64,000 nucleotides of DNA. It comes from an uncultured Gammaproteobacteria bacterium (GTDB lineage Bacteria; Patescibacteriota; Patescibacteriia; Patescibacteriales; UBA12465). The stretch lies in the NCBI GenBank assembly GCA_964483295.1, contig CAZAAD010000002.1, forward strand, positions 936-64,935. The letters run 5' to 3'. The translations under genes and the position numbers were made by a program. Numbering within the stretch: the first letter of the stretch is position 1; the number at the start of each line of letters is the position of its first letter. The notes beneath the pieces were generated by a model. The model had not been told where the DNA came from. It saw only the letters and a list, made by a program, of their open reading frames with translations, and did no database searches. Of this stretch, positions 54,373 through 62,821 are shown piece by piece.

Positions 54373-54401
54373 AGTATACTACAATTAATTTTATTTGTCA
54401 A
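54373..54401 (-). promoter_or_regulatory. sigma70-like promoter for the wzz and domain-X bicistron
   Basis: The minus strand reads TTGACA (54401-54396), 17-nt spacer, TATACT (54378-54373). Confidence 0.5.
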
Positions 54402-54422
54402 TACCCAGCCCCAAAATAAGCA

Positions 54423-54451
54423 TTGACAAATTTTGAAATATACTGTACAAT
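54423..54451 (+). promoter_or_regulatory. divergent sigma70-like promoter for ORF 54527
   Basis: TTGACA (54423-54428), 17-nt spacer, TACAAT (54446-54451). Confidence 0.5.
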
Positions 54452-54526
54452 AAGATGATATTTAATAAAATAAAATCTATAAAAAATTAAAATATAGTTT
54501 AAATTTATCTAAAAAAAGCAAAAAAT

Positions 54527-55807
54527 ATGAAAAAATGGATAATCTCTGCGGTTGTCCTAGTTTCCCTCGTTTCACTTTTCTTAATTGTTACTCCGGGAAA
54601 AAGCCGCTTAAAATCTTATTACTCTGGCGATGCTATTGCCTACCAAAGTAAAGTCTATGTAGCCACAACTAATAGTGGTAGCTTAGAAATCTTTCGTTTA
54701 GAAGGTCAAAATTTGGAATTAATTTCTAAGACGAAGCCTTATAATGCTCGCTTTAATAAGTATGAAGAGTTTTTTGATGTAAAATTATCAGTTGAAAGCG
54801 ATAAACTTTATGCTTACGCGGTTAGTCATTACACTATCTATAAGTACCAGGTTTCTGGCAGCGTCCTCACTTTAGACAAACAAACTACCAATAGTTATTG
54901 GGAATGGTATAACCGAGTTGATAAATTTGGTGATAAGATGGTAACCGTTAGTGCTAAAGGCGTTAAAACTTTAAATTCTGATTTAAACGTAATTATCGCT
55001 CATGACTTTAAAAACGAAGCTGCTCCTTATAATCTTTCCGGAGACTATGGTCGTTTCTTTTTAAACGTTGACGAAGCTGATGGCTCTCTTAAAGTTTATG
55101 ATAGTGAATCTCGTTCTCTAGTTAAAACTATTCCTTTAAACTTCAAGTTTGATAAAGGCAACCGCCGCGCCTATCAAGACGCTTCTGGTTCTATTTATGT
55201 GGTTGATGATTACTACGCCAAAAAATTTGATATGTCAGGCAAGCTTTTAGGTAGTTTCCAGCATTTAGATTTTCAGGGCTTTGATATTTCAGCTAGCGGC
55301 CATACTGACTACGTTTATTTTTCTAACGGAGTTGGCGTGGTAAAGCTTGATAAGAACATGAAGCTAGTTGATCATGCTTGGACCGGTAATCTTGGTGGTT
55401 ATGCTGGTTGGGCCATGGGTCTTAAGGTTGTCCATAATAACGGTGACAAGGTTGTTGTCTTCAATAATACCAATATCTTGGTTTTAGATGATAAGCTGAA
55501 TAAGATTGCTTCAGTTGCCTCTACCGAGGAAGCTGAAGACTACCCTGTAGAAAATATGTATCTCCGGCTTGATAAGCCAAGCGCAGCTGCTAATTCTGAT
55601 ATTATGCTGTCTGGCGGTGGTTTCCTGTCTTATGAACAGCTTGATATTACCTTTGATGGCAAAGCAGTTTCTACTGTTACTTCGGATGCTAACGGCCGCT
55701 TCTCGGTTGTCTTAAAGGTGCCAACCCAAAGAGCTGGCAGTTATGATATTAAGGCCACTGGCGCTAATTCCAAGCTACACTACAGCATTTCCTTCAGAAT
55801 TCAATAA
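54527..55807 (+). CDS. secreted or anchored hypothetical protein, beta-propeller-like body and C-terminal Ig-like domain
   Basis: N-terminal signal/anchor and repetitive beta-strand-rich sequence. The C-terminal ~90 aa (ITFDGKAVSTVTSDANGRFSVVLKVP) resembles Ig-like or big-type domains. Confidence 0.5.
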   Translation: MKKWIISAVVLVSLVSLFLIVTPGKSRLKSYYSGDAIAYQSKVYVATTNSGSLEIFRLEGQNLELISKTKPYNARFNKYEEFFDVKLSVESDKLYAYAVSHYTIYKYQVSGSVLTLDKQTTNSYWEWYNRVDKFGDKMVTVSAKGVKTLNSDLNVIIAHDFKNEAAPYNLSGDYGRFFLNVDEADGSLKVYDSESRSLVKTIPLNFKFDKGNRRAYQDASGSIYVVDDYYAKKFDMSGKLLGSFQHLDFQGFDISASGHTDYVYFSNGVGVVKLDKNMKLVDHAWTGNLGGYAGWAMGLKVVHNNGDKVVVFNNTNILVLDDKLNKIASVASTEEAEDYPVENMYLRLDKPSAAANSDIMLSGGGFLSYEQLDITFDGKAVSTVTSDANGRFSVVLKVPTQRAGSYDIKATGANSKLHYSISFRIQ

Positions 55808-55824
55808 TCATAAATATTTCTTCT

Positions 55825-55862
55825 AAACAGGCCTTTCTCTAGCAGATTGGCCTGTTTTTTAT
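55825..55862 (+). terminator. rho-independent terminator
   Basis: aaacaggcc / ggcctgttt stem followed by a T-run. Confidence 0.65.
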
Positions 55863-55911
55863 TGCTACTGTAACAAAATATCAGATTTTACGTATATTTT
55901 AGTATAAATAT

Positions 55912-56073
55912 ATGAACCAGATAATGCAGTACAACCAGAATAACTGGCAGCCGACCAAGACTTTAGTCATCGGCTCTTTTGCCTATGTCGTGCTCGGCAA
56001 CGATTGCCGCGCCGATGGCGTTATCACTGGTGAAGCTAGGGTTCGTGGTAATTATTTAATAATTACTCCCTAA
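55912..56073 (+). CDS. possible 53-aa protein in its own transcription unit
   Basis: My own translation is MNQIMQYNQNNWQPTKTLVIGSFAYVVLGNDCRADGVITGEARVRGNYLIITP*. It is bracketed by two terminators. No homology is recognisable. Confidence 0.3.
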   Translation: MNQIMQYNQNNWQPTKTLVIGSFAYVVLGNDCRADGVITGEARVRGNYLIITP

Positions 56074-56108
56074 ATAAACGGAATATAAAATTTCTTAACC
56101 AGTAAATA

Positions 56109-56141
56109 GCGCCCTCGGCCAAAACAGCCGGGGGCGTTTTG
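56109..56141 (+). terminator. rho-independent terminator after the small ORF
   Basis: cgccctcggc / gccgggggcg stem (one G.U) followed by TTTT. Confidence 0.55.
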
Positions 56142-56215
56142 TGTCTATATGTTTAAATCTCAAAATTTGAAAATTGAAATATATCCTAATTTACGAACTT
56201 TAAAAATTTAATATT

Positions 56216-57040
56216 ATGAAAAAGCTTTTATTTAATCCGATTGTTGCTGCCTATCTCGGAATTGAGATTAGTGCGGCCGCCGCTGTCTCCTGCACTTTTG
56301 CGACTTATGTTCCCTTTCTGGCAGAAAGAGGGATGAATCTTTGGCAAATTAATGCCATTAACGCTTTCTACATGGCTATGGTCTTTTTCTCAGAATTGCC
56401 AACCGGCAGCTTTGCGGACAAATTTGGTCGGCATCGCAGTCTAGTTATCAGTTTCGCTTTAATGATTATTGGTCATTTAGTTTATTTTTCCGCTCCCTCA
56501 TTTCTCTTCTTTATTATTGCTGAATTAATCTTGGCGGCTGGTATTACCTTCTACTCCGGCGCGGCTGAATCTTGGATGGTAGACTCTTTAAAAGCTCGGC
56601 AGGAACATCATCTCCAGGTCCAAGTTTTTCGTTTTACCCCGCTTTTAAAAACAGGGGGTACTATCTTTGGAGTTGTTTTCGGGGCTTTCCTAGGAAACTT
56701 TAATCTAACCTGGCCTTGGCTCGCTGCCGCTCTCCTAACTGTTGTTACTCTTTTATTAGCTTTGCGCCTTAAAGAAAATTATCGCGACAAACTAGAGCCT
56801 AGCCCGCCAGGCGGAGTAAAAAAACAATTTCACTATGCCTGGAATTATGGCATAAGAAATCGTAGTCTGTTTCTAGTTATGGCGTTTAGTGCTTTTATGG
56901 GATTAATTACTTCCGGATTAATTGCCGAAGCGACTTCAATTAGAACAACCTGGTTTTTTTCTGGACTATTATTAATGATTGGCGTGATTACTTTCTTAAC
57001 AATCATTAAATTAAAAACCAGAAAAACAGTTCTGGCCTAA
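56216..57040 (+). CDS. MFS-type transporter, unusually short (274 aa)
   Basis: MFS loop motif GSFADKFGRHRS between TM2 and TM3, with about 8 hydrophobic segments. A canonical MFS has 12 TM in roughly 400 aa. Confidence 0.65.
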   Translation: MKKLLFNPIVAAYLGIEISAAAAVSCTFATYVPFLAERGMNLWQINAINAFYMAMVFFSELPTGSFADKFGRHRSLVISFALMIIGHLVYFSAPSFLFFIIAELILAAGITFYSGAAESWMVDSLKARQEHHLQVQVFRFTPLLKTGGTIFGVVFGAFLGNFNLTWPWLAAALLTVVTLLLALRLKENYRDKLEPSPPGGVKKQFHYAWNYGIRNRSLFLVMAFSAFMGLITSGLIAEATSIRTTWFFSGLLLMIGVITFLTIIKLKTRKTVLA

Positions 57041-57044
57041 AAAC

Positions 57045-57080
57045 CAAAAACACCCCTGGAAACAAGGGTGTTTTTTCTTT
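57045..57080. terminator. bidirectional terminator between the MFS and GT4 genes
   Basis: acaccc / gggtgt stem flanked by A-rich and T-rich runs. Confidence 0.55.
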
Positions 57081-57090
57081 TTTAGCTATT

Positions 57091-58302
57091 TCATTTTTTT
57101 AACTCTTGATAAACTTGCAAGACGGCCGCTAGGTTCTCTCCTGGACCAAAATTAGCCACGCTAGACACCGCATTATGCTTTAAGTGCTCATAATCAGCTT
57201 CAGCTAATAATTTTATTTTAGACGCCAAATCTTGAGCATCGCCCGGCTTGAATAGCCAACCATTTTTACAATTAACCACCACTTCCGGCATGCCGCCAAT
57301 TTCGGAGACAATTACCGGTTTACCTAGACTCAAGGCCTCTAGTAAGCTTAAGGGCATATTCTCATACCAAATTGAAGGGAGGATAACCGCCCTGGCGCCC
57401 ATAATAATTTCTTTTAATTCTCTACCCTCCTTGAACCCTAAAAATTCCGCGCTCACGCCCTTACTCTCCGCCAGATGGCGTAAATCATTTTCCTCTGAAC
57501 CAACGCCGGCAAATTTTAATTTGCTGTTAGTTAGGGCCGCGGCCTCAATTAAAGTCTTTAGACCCTTTTCTGTAGACAAGCGTCCAAAATACAAAAGATG
57601 GTCGGAAGTAGCCGCTTCACCAGTAATATTTTTTAAGACACTAGAAAATGGATTGTAAATAACCTTTATTTTATCCGCCGACCAGCCAAATTCAACAACC
57701 TTATTTTTCATAAAAGCGCTTGGCGCAATAAACTTAGTGATACTGCGGGCGTATATTTTTAACCAGCGATGATGAATATTCATCTCAAGTGCTGCTAGCA
57801 AACTCTTAGAAAATGAATTTTTAAAACAACGCTTCTTTACGCAGGCGCAGTAATGATTAGGTTTACAAGCTTCACAAATTTGACCATGAGCAAACAACTG
57901 ATAGTTAGGACAAATAAGTTTATAATCATGTAAGTGCATCACTACTGGAATCTTGGCTGTCCTAGCCACATCCAGAATAGACGGGGATAGTTGATGATAA
58001 ATATTATGAATGTGGATAATATCTGGCTTAAAATCGGCAACTAGTTTTTTAAATTTCCGCTTAGCTTCTAAACTATAAATCATTCTACCAGGCACTAATA
58101 ATTTATCCCTTAAGCCGCCTTCGTTAAAACTAAGGCGAGAAACAAAATATTTTTCATAAGTGCTCGACACGTTTTTAGGATGATGCATCGAAAAATAAGC
58201 CACTTCGTGCCCTACTTGTGCAAGAGCGGCGCCAAGATCAAGATAATATTTATCGGCTCCGCCCCGCGGATAATGGAACTTGTTAACCTGAAGAATACGC
58301 AT
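57091..58302 (-). CDS. GT4-family glycosyltransferase
   Basis: MRILQVNKFHYPRGGADKY N-terminus, and C-terminal YENMPLSLLEALSLGKPVIVSEIGG (EX7E). Confidence 0.88.
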   Translation of the reverse strand: MRILQVNKFHYPRGGADKYYLDLGAALAQVGHEVAYFSMHHPKNVSSTYEKYFVSRLSFNEGGLRDKLLVPGRMIYSLEAKRKFKKLVADFKPDIIHIHNIYHQLSPSILDVARTAKIPVVMHLHDYKLICPNYQLFAHGQICEACKPNHYCACVKKRCFKNSFSKSLLAALEMNIHHRWLKIYARSITKFIAPSAFMKNKVVEFGWSADKIKVIYNPFSSVLKNITGEAATSDHLLYFGRLSTEKGLKTLIEAAALTNSKLKFAGVGSEENDLRHLAESKGVSAEFLGFKEGRELKEIIMGARAVILPSIWYENMPLSLLEALSLGKPVIVSEIGGMPEVVVNCKNGWLFKPGDAQDLASKIKLLAEADYEHLKHNAVSSVANFGPGENLAAVLQVYQELKK

Positions 58303-58315
58303 AATTTTCTAATTG

Positions 58316-59410
58316 TTAAACGCTTAGTCTTTCGTACCAAGCCGCGTAATCTGTTTGCATTTTATTTAGTGAGAAACTATTTTTTACCTTTGTTTGTAAG
58401 GCTAGAGATTTTTTAATAACTACTTCTGACTCTAAATTATCTAAAATAAAATCTAATTGCTGAGCTAATTCCCCGGCTTGGCTACTGGGAAATAAGAAGC
58501 CAGTCTGCTCATCAATAATTTCTCTAATCCCATCAATATCAGACGCTAAAACCGGTTTAGCTAAGGCGCCCGCCTCTAAAACAACCAGACCAAGACCTTC
58601 CCAAAGCGAAGGGGCGACAAACACATCAGCGCTATTTAGAAATTCAACTGGCTCAACTAAACCAACCAGTTGAACCTTGGATTCTAAATTTAATTTGGTT
58701 ATCTGTTTTTTAAGAGAGCTCTCTAGTTCTCCCTGACCAGCAATTTTAATAATAACATCATTATTTTTTAACAGACTAGCGGCTTCTATTAAAACACTAA
58801 ATCCTTTCTGTGTTGTTAGGCGCCCTAAGGCACCAATAACATAAGGCTTAGTAATAACCTTCGGTTTAGCCTGAAAACGATTTAAATCAATCCCATTATA
58901 AATAACTTCAACTTTTTCTAAAGGTAAATGGTAGCGCAAAATCGCATCATCTTTTACGGCCTCAGAAACGGCAAAAAATTTTTCCGCAAACCGCGCCGTA
59001 ACTCTCTTTAAATAGGTAGCAACTTTTTTTTCACTGACATTAAGATTATGCTCGGTAGAAATAATTACCGGTACTTTTGCGAGCCTAGCAGCTAGGCGGC
59101 CATAAATGTCTCCGCCTAAATGAGTATGGACTATATCCGGAGAAAACTTCTTAATCTGGCGATAAATTTGCCAAAAATTTATCGGATCAAATAAGTAACG
59201 CTTGCGTAGAGCAAAAATTTCTACTCCTTTATTATTTAATTCTAAACGCCAGTCCTGCCCAGCGCCATTATCTTTAAATAACAAAATACCAGAGTGGAAT
59301 TTATCATTTTCCAGACCGAAGGATAAATCATAAACGACTCGTTCTGCCCCCGCTCTAACTAAGCTTGGCAGGATGTGCAATATTTTTATGCTTTTTGGCA
59401 TAGCGTTCAT
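58316..59410 (-). CDS. GT4-family glycosyltransferase
   Basis: KILHILPSLVRAGAERVV N-terminus, and C-terminal WEGLGLVVLEAGALAKPVLASDIDG (EX7E). Confidence 0.88.
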   Translation of the reverse strand: MNAMPKSIKILHILPSLVRAGAERVVYDLSFGLENDKFHSGILLFKDNGAGQDWRLELNNKGVEIFALRKRYLFDPINFWQIYRQIKKFSPDIVHTHLGGDIYGRLAARLAKVPVIISTEHNLNVSEKKVATYLKRVTARFAEKFFAVSEAVKDDAILRYHLPLEKVEVIYNGIDLNRFQAKPKVITKPYVIGALGRLTTQKGFSVLIEAASLLKNNDVIIKIAGQGELESSLKKQITKLNLESKVQLVGLVEPVEFLNSADVFVAPSLWEGLGLVVLEAGALAKPVLASDIDGIREIIDEQTGFLFPSSQAGELAQQLDFILDNLESEVVIKKSLALQTKVKNSFSLNKMQTDYAAWYERLSV

Positions 59411-60680
59411 CAGAAAATTTAACTGCTAAAATAAATAAGATAATTGGAAACCAAACCTTTCCCTTGTAGTATGAGGTATTAAATAATTGAAAAAATAGAC
59501 CGCCAAGTGAGGCGAGAGCAAATGGTAAAACCCATTTAATTCTTGGATAATATTTTTTAATGGCCAAAACACTAAAACGAACCAGGTAGACAAATAAAAA
59601 TAGCCAGGACAATAAACCGAAAATACCATTTTCCGCGGCGACTTTTTGTAAGACTCCATGGGAATCAACCGGCGGTCCATACTTAGCCCGAAAACGAATA
59701 TTATCATTAACTAAGGAGACGAATTCCCCGCTGCCATAACCGAATATTGGGCGTTCATTAAAAGCTTCACGGGCAATCTCGGTTAATAGTAATCTATTTT
59801 CAGTGGAACTAGTATTGCTGTCTTGAAGGACGCTCATCTTCCAAAATAGTGGCGACAGGAAGCCAATCATTAGCAAGACAACAATGACGATAGCCATCTT
59901 GTCTCTGTTGTTATGATGCAAGCGATAAAAAAGATAAACCGAAGATTGTAAAAATAAAATAATCCAACCAGTGCGAGAAAAGGTTAAAATTATTCCCAGA
60001 GCGGTAACTAAAAATAAAATATCAGCTAAACGCTTTGCCCGAGCATCTTTAAGAAATTCCTTAATTAGGAGTACAAAAAAGGCGCCAATATTTAAAAACT
60101 CCGCAATTAAATTATGGTTTTCTCCAAAGGGATAACTCTTTAAAAAGTACAATGATTTCATCCGAAAAAAAGCATCTTGCCAATCCTGACTCATCAACGA
60201 CAGATAACCGGAGACTAAGACGGCCATTGAACTAAGAAAAACTAAAATGACGGCCCGTTTCAAAACCTTAGTATCCTGAATAATATTAGCAGGCACAAAA
60301 ATATAAGCGAAATATAAGAATACCGGCCAACGCAAAAAGTAATATAAAGAGTCTGTGACATGATTAGACAAAAAAACAGAAATAATACTAGCTAGCAAAA
60401 AAAGGAAAAATGGGAAAAAAAGAGGCCAGGAAATTTTAATTTTTACCTGAGGAGCAAAAAAAGAACGAGCAATTAAATTAATTAAAAAGCCCAGCAGTGT
60501 TAAAAGCGCCGCCAAATCAGCGATTGGGATAATTAAACCGTAAATATAAACATCCCGACCAATTACTGGCAGGCTGGCAGCGATTAAATAAACGCCTATT
60601 TTGGGATTAACAGTAATTAAGGCCAGACCCAGAAGACTGGCGACGACAATAATAATATCCATATATCTTAATTTAATCAT
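59355..60680 (-). CDS. O-antigen ligase/polymerase (Wzy/WaaL-like) polytopic membrane protein
   Basis: More than 10 TM segments with a large loop containing SRTGW (the family's conserved region). Sits in a glycan-cluster context. Confidence 0.7.
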   Translation of the reverse strand: MIKLRYMDIIIVVASLLGLALITVNPKIGVYLIAASLPVIGRDVYIYGLIIPIADLAALLTLLGFLINLIARSFFAPQVKIKISWPLFFPFFLFLLASIISVFLSNHVTDSLYYFLRWPVFLYFAYIFVPANIIQDTKVLKRAVILVFLSSMAVLVSGYLSLMSQDWQDAFFRMKSLYFLKSYPFGENHNLIAEFLNIGAFFVLLIKEFLKDARAKRLADILFLVTALGIILTFSRTGWIILFLQSSVYLFYRLHHNNRDKMAIVIVVLLMIGFLSPLFWKMSVLQDSNTSSTENRLLLTEIAREAFNERPIFGYGSGEFVSLVNDNIRFRAKYGPPVDSHGVLQKVAAENGIFGLLSWLFLFVYLVRFSVLAIKKYYPRIKWVLPFALASLGGLFFQLFNTSYYKGKVWFPIILFILAVKFSDERYAKKHKNIAHPAKLS

Positions 60681-60697
60681 AGCGTAAAAAACAAAAT

Positions 60698-60728
60698 AAA
60701 AAAAGGCCGAGAATCAATATCCCCGGCC
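60698..60728 (-). terminator. weak hairpin terminator after ORF 60778-62001
   Basis: ggccg / cggcc stem (5 bp, 14-nt loop), followed on the minus strand by T7. Confidence 0.35.
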
Positions 60729-60777
60729 AAACTATTCTATGAAAAAGGCGCTGTTTTTAACGGGTCTAGCTCCCGTT

Positions 60778-62001
60778 TTAAGGTACTGCGATTTCCGCCC
60801 TCATTTCTAGGGGCCAAACTTTGACAGTTCCGCGTGTAAACTTGCGAAAATAAGCTTGACCATCATGGCTCATTTGCCCTAGCGGTTGTCCCAGGTTAAT
60901 TGATTCTAGTTCAGGAAAAATTCCCGAATCATCTTGACCAATTGCTAAATAAACATTATCAAGCAATAGACTGCTCGCTAAGACAAAGTTGATATTAGAG
61001 CGATTGCTCTGGAAAATGGTGTAAGAACCCGTTCTTTTGGCATTACTCACACATTGTCTCCAGCCATTTGCCCATTTATCACCTAAGTAGTCATTAGGAA
61101 ATCCCTCAAAGAATTTACCATCAACTCGATTTAAGAAATGCATGTCTCCCTTATTGGAAACGATAATAAAATCATTTTGCTTTTTCTTAAATAAACGTGA
61201 GAAAAATCCATAACGTTCGCTGCCGTGCCTAATAATTGACAGATACCGGTCAACTCCTTTAGTCCAATAACGATCAACAATTTCGTCACGGTCCGGTTTT
61301 TTATCACCGTTGATGTCAATTTTCTCGTTGTTATTTGGATAAATCCAGGAAACATTCCAAGTGCCGTTATCTTGAAAATAACCGTCCCAAATTGGGTCGG
61401 ACAAGATGTCTTGGCGGAACATTTTAGCCATCCATTCGCTATAGATTTCCCCTTTAATTTGCGGACAAGCTGAAGACATATTCAGCATTGTCATCGGATT
61501 AGCCGGTTCTTTCCAAAATTGAGCATAGCGTTCTTCGCGCTGATTCTTGTTATTAAGAAAAATGGTTTTTAGCAGCCACTGCTGACGGTTATTAACGATT
61601 TCGTTAATAACTTTATTTTGCCAAGGACGATTATTGTACGTAGACAAAAATATTTCCATGGGATTGCTATAGACCAATAACTTAATATCAGGATTTAAGA
61701 GCTTAAGCTCAAGTAGACGCTCGCGATTATTAAACTTATTTTCTAAATCAATAATCACAATATCATGCTTGGCTAAACGTTCCACTTCACTCCTCTGCAT
61801 TGTTGGACTAGTCCAATAGGCAGCGGTTTTTACTGGGTATGGCCTAACTCTGGCAACGCCTTGTTGGGCGGCAAACCATTGTTTGTCATGCTCAGTTTGA
61901 GTTTGCTGTTTCTTGCGGAAGTTTATTTCTTCTTCCAATACCCAGCTCACTCCTAAAAAGGCAAAGCCAAGGGCTAAGAAAACGATGAAGGTTTTTTTCA
62001 T
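60778..62001 (-). CDS. secreted glycoside-hydrolase-like (GHL/GH114-like) protein, paralogue of the N-terminal region of ORF 35903-37939
   Basis: Signal/anchor MKKTFIVFLALGFAFLGV. LAKHDIVIIDLE...LKLLNPDIKLLVY parallels LAKWDLLVLDME...IRELNPDVIILAY. Start taken at the ATG at 62001. Confidence 0.55.
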   Translation of the reverse strand: MKKTFIVFLALGFAFLGVSWVLEEEINFRKKQQTQTEHDKQWFAAQQGVARVRPYPVKTAAYWTSPTMQRSEVERLAKHDIVIIDLENKFNNRERLLELKLLNPDIKLLVYSNPMEIFLSTYNNRPWQNKVINEIVNNRQQWLLKTIFLNNKNQREERYAQFWKEPANPMTMLNMSSACPQIKGEIYSEWMAKMFRQDILSDPIWDGYFQDNGTWNVSWIYPNNNEKIDINGDKKPDRDEIVDRYWTKGVDRYLSIIRHGSERYGFFSRLFKKKQNDFIIVSNKGDMHFLNRVDGKFFEGFPNDYLGDKWANGWRQCVSNAKRTGSYTIFQSNRSNINFVLASSLLLDNVYLAIGQDDSGIFPELESINLGQPLGQMSHDGQAYFRKFTRGTVKVWPLEMRAEIAVP

Positions 62002-62115
62002 TGTTGCTATTTTTTTATTGTTAATGTACTTGTTTGCTAGTCTTTTGGGCAAAAAAATCCAGAGGGTCAACTCCGGAATTCAAAGCTTAGTTGACAATAA
62101 ATTGTATAACTATTT

Positions 62116-62802
62116 CTATTTTTTGTCAACTTTATAGAAATGTAAAACAGTGTGCCCCATTAAACCTGGGATATTGGCAATATTTAACAAAGCATCGTAA
62201 GCCCTGCTTAATATATTAATTAGGGGCCAGCGGTATAAATAGCTATAAGTAGCAGGCAAATTTCTTCGCTCTCTCAGTTCCCAGCCGGCCGCTGCCATTA
62301 ATTTAATAAAGTTATTAATACTCTTATAGGCATATTTAACCGGATAAGCTTCATCATGATCTTCTTGGCGAAATAGTTGATGAAAGGAAGTTGGTGTTAG
62401 GCTAGCTAAAATAAATTCTGGTGCTTTAGGATTAGATAAACTTAAAACTAATTCCCCGCCCGGCTTGACAATCCGTACCATTTCTTTAGCGGCTCGTTCC
62501 GGATTTTGTACGTGTTCTAAAACAAAATTAGCAAAAGCAATATCATAAGTATTACTAGTTAGTGGTGACATATCTTCTAAGGGACAAACAAAACTAGCAC
62601 CAGCATAAGGCTTATCTACGGAACATTCTTGAATATCAGAGCGATCGCAGGAAAAATCGCCAGCGGTAACAATAGAATCTTCAATAATTGTGCTTTTAGC
62701 CGCCCCTAAATTAATCATTTTTGGTTTCACGCCTTTTAGAGAAAATGATTTTAAGATTTTGCGCAAAATTAAAATTAAATATTTTTCTGCTTCCGTCTGC
62801 AT
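62116..62802 (-). CDS. class I SAM-dependent methyltransferase
   Basis: Methyltransf_11-like core: INLGAAKS, DIAFANFVLEHVQNPERAAKEMVRIVKPGGELVLS. Confidence 0.75.
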   Translation of the reverse strand: MQTEAEKYLILILRKILKSFSLKGVKPKMINLGAAKSTIIEDSIVTAGDFSCDRSDIQECSVDKPYAGASFVCPLEDMSPLTSNTYDIAFANFVLEHVQNPERAAKEMVRIVKPGGELVLSLSNPKAPEFILASLTPTSFHQLFRQEDHDEAYPVKYAYKSINNFIKLMAAAGWELRERRNLPATYSYLYRWPLINILSRAYDALLNIANIPGLMGHTVLHFYKVDKK

Positions 62803-62821
62803 GATAGTAAAAAATTATTTC

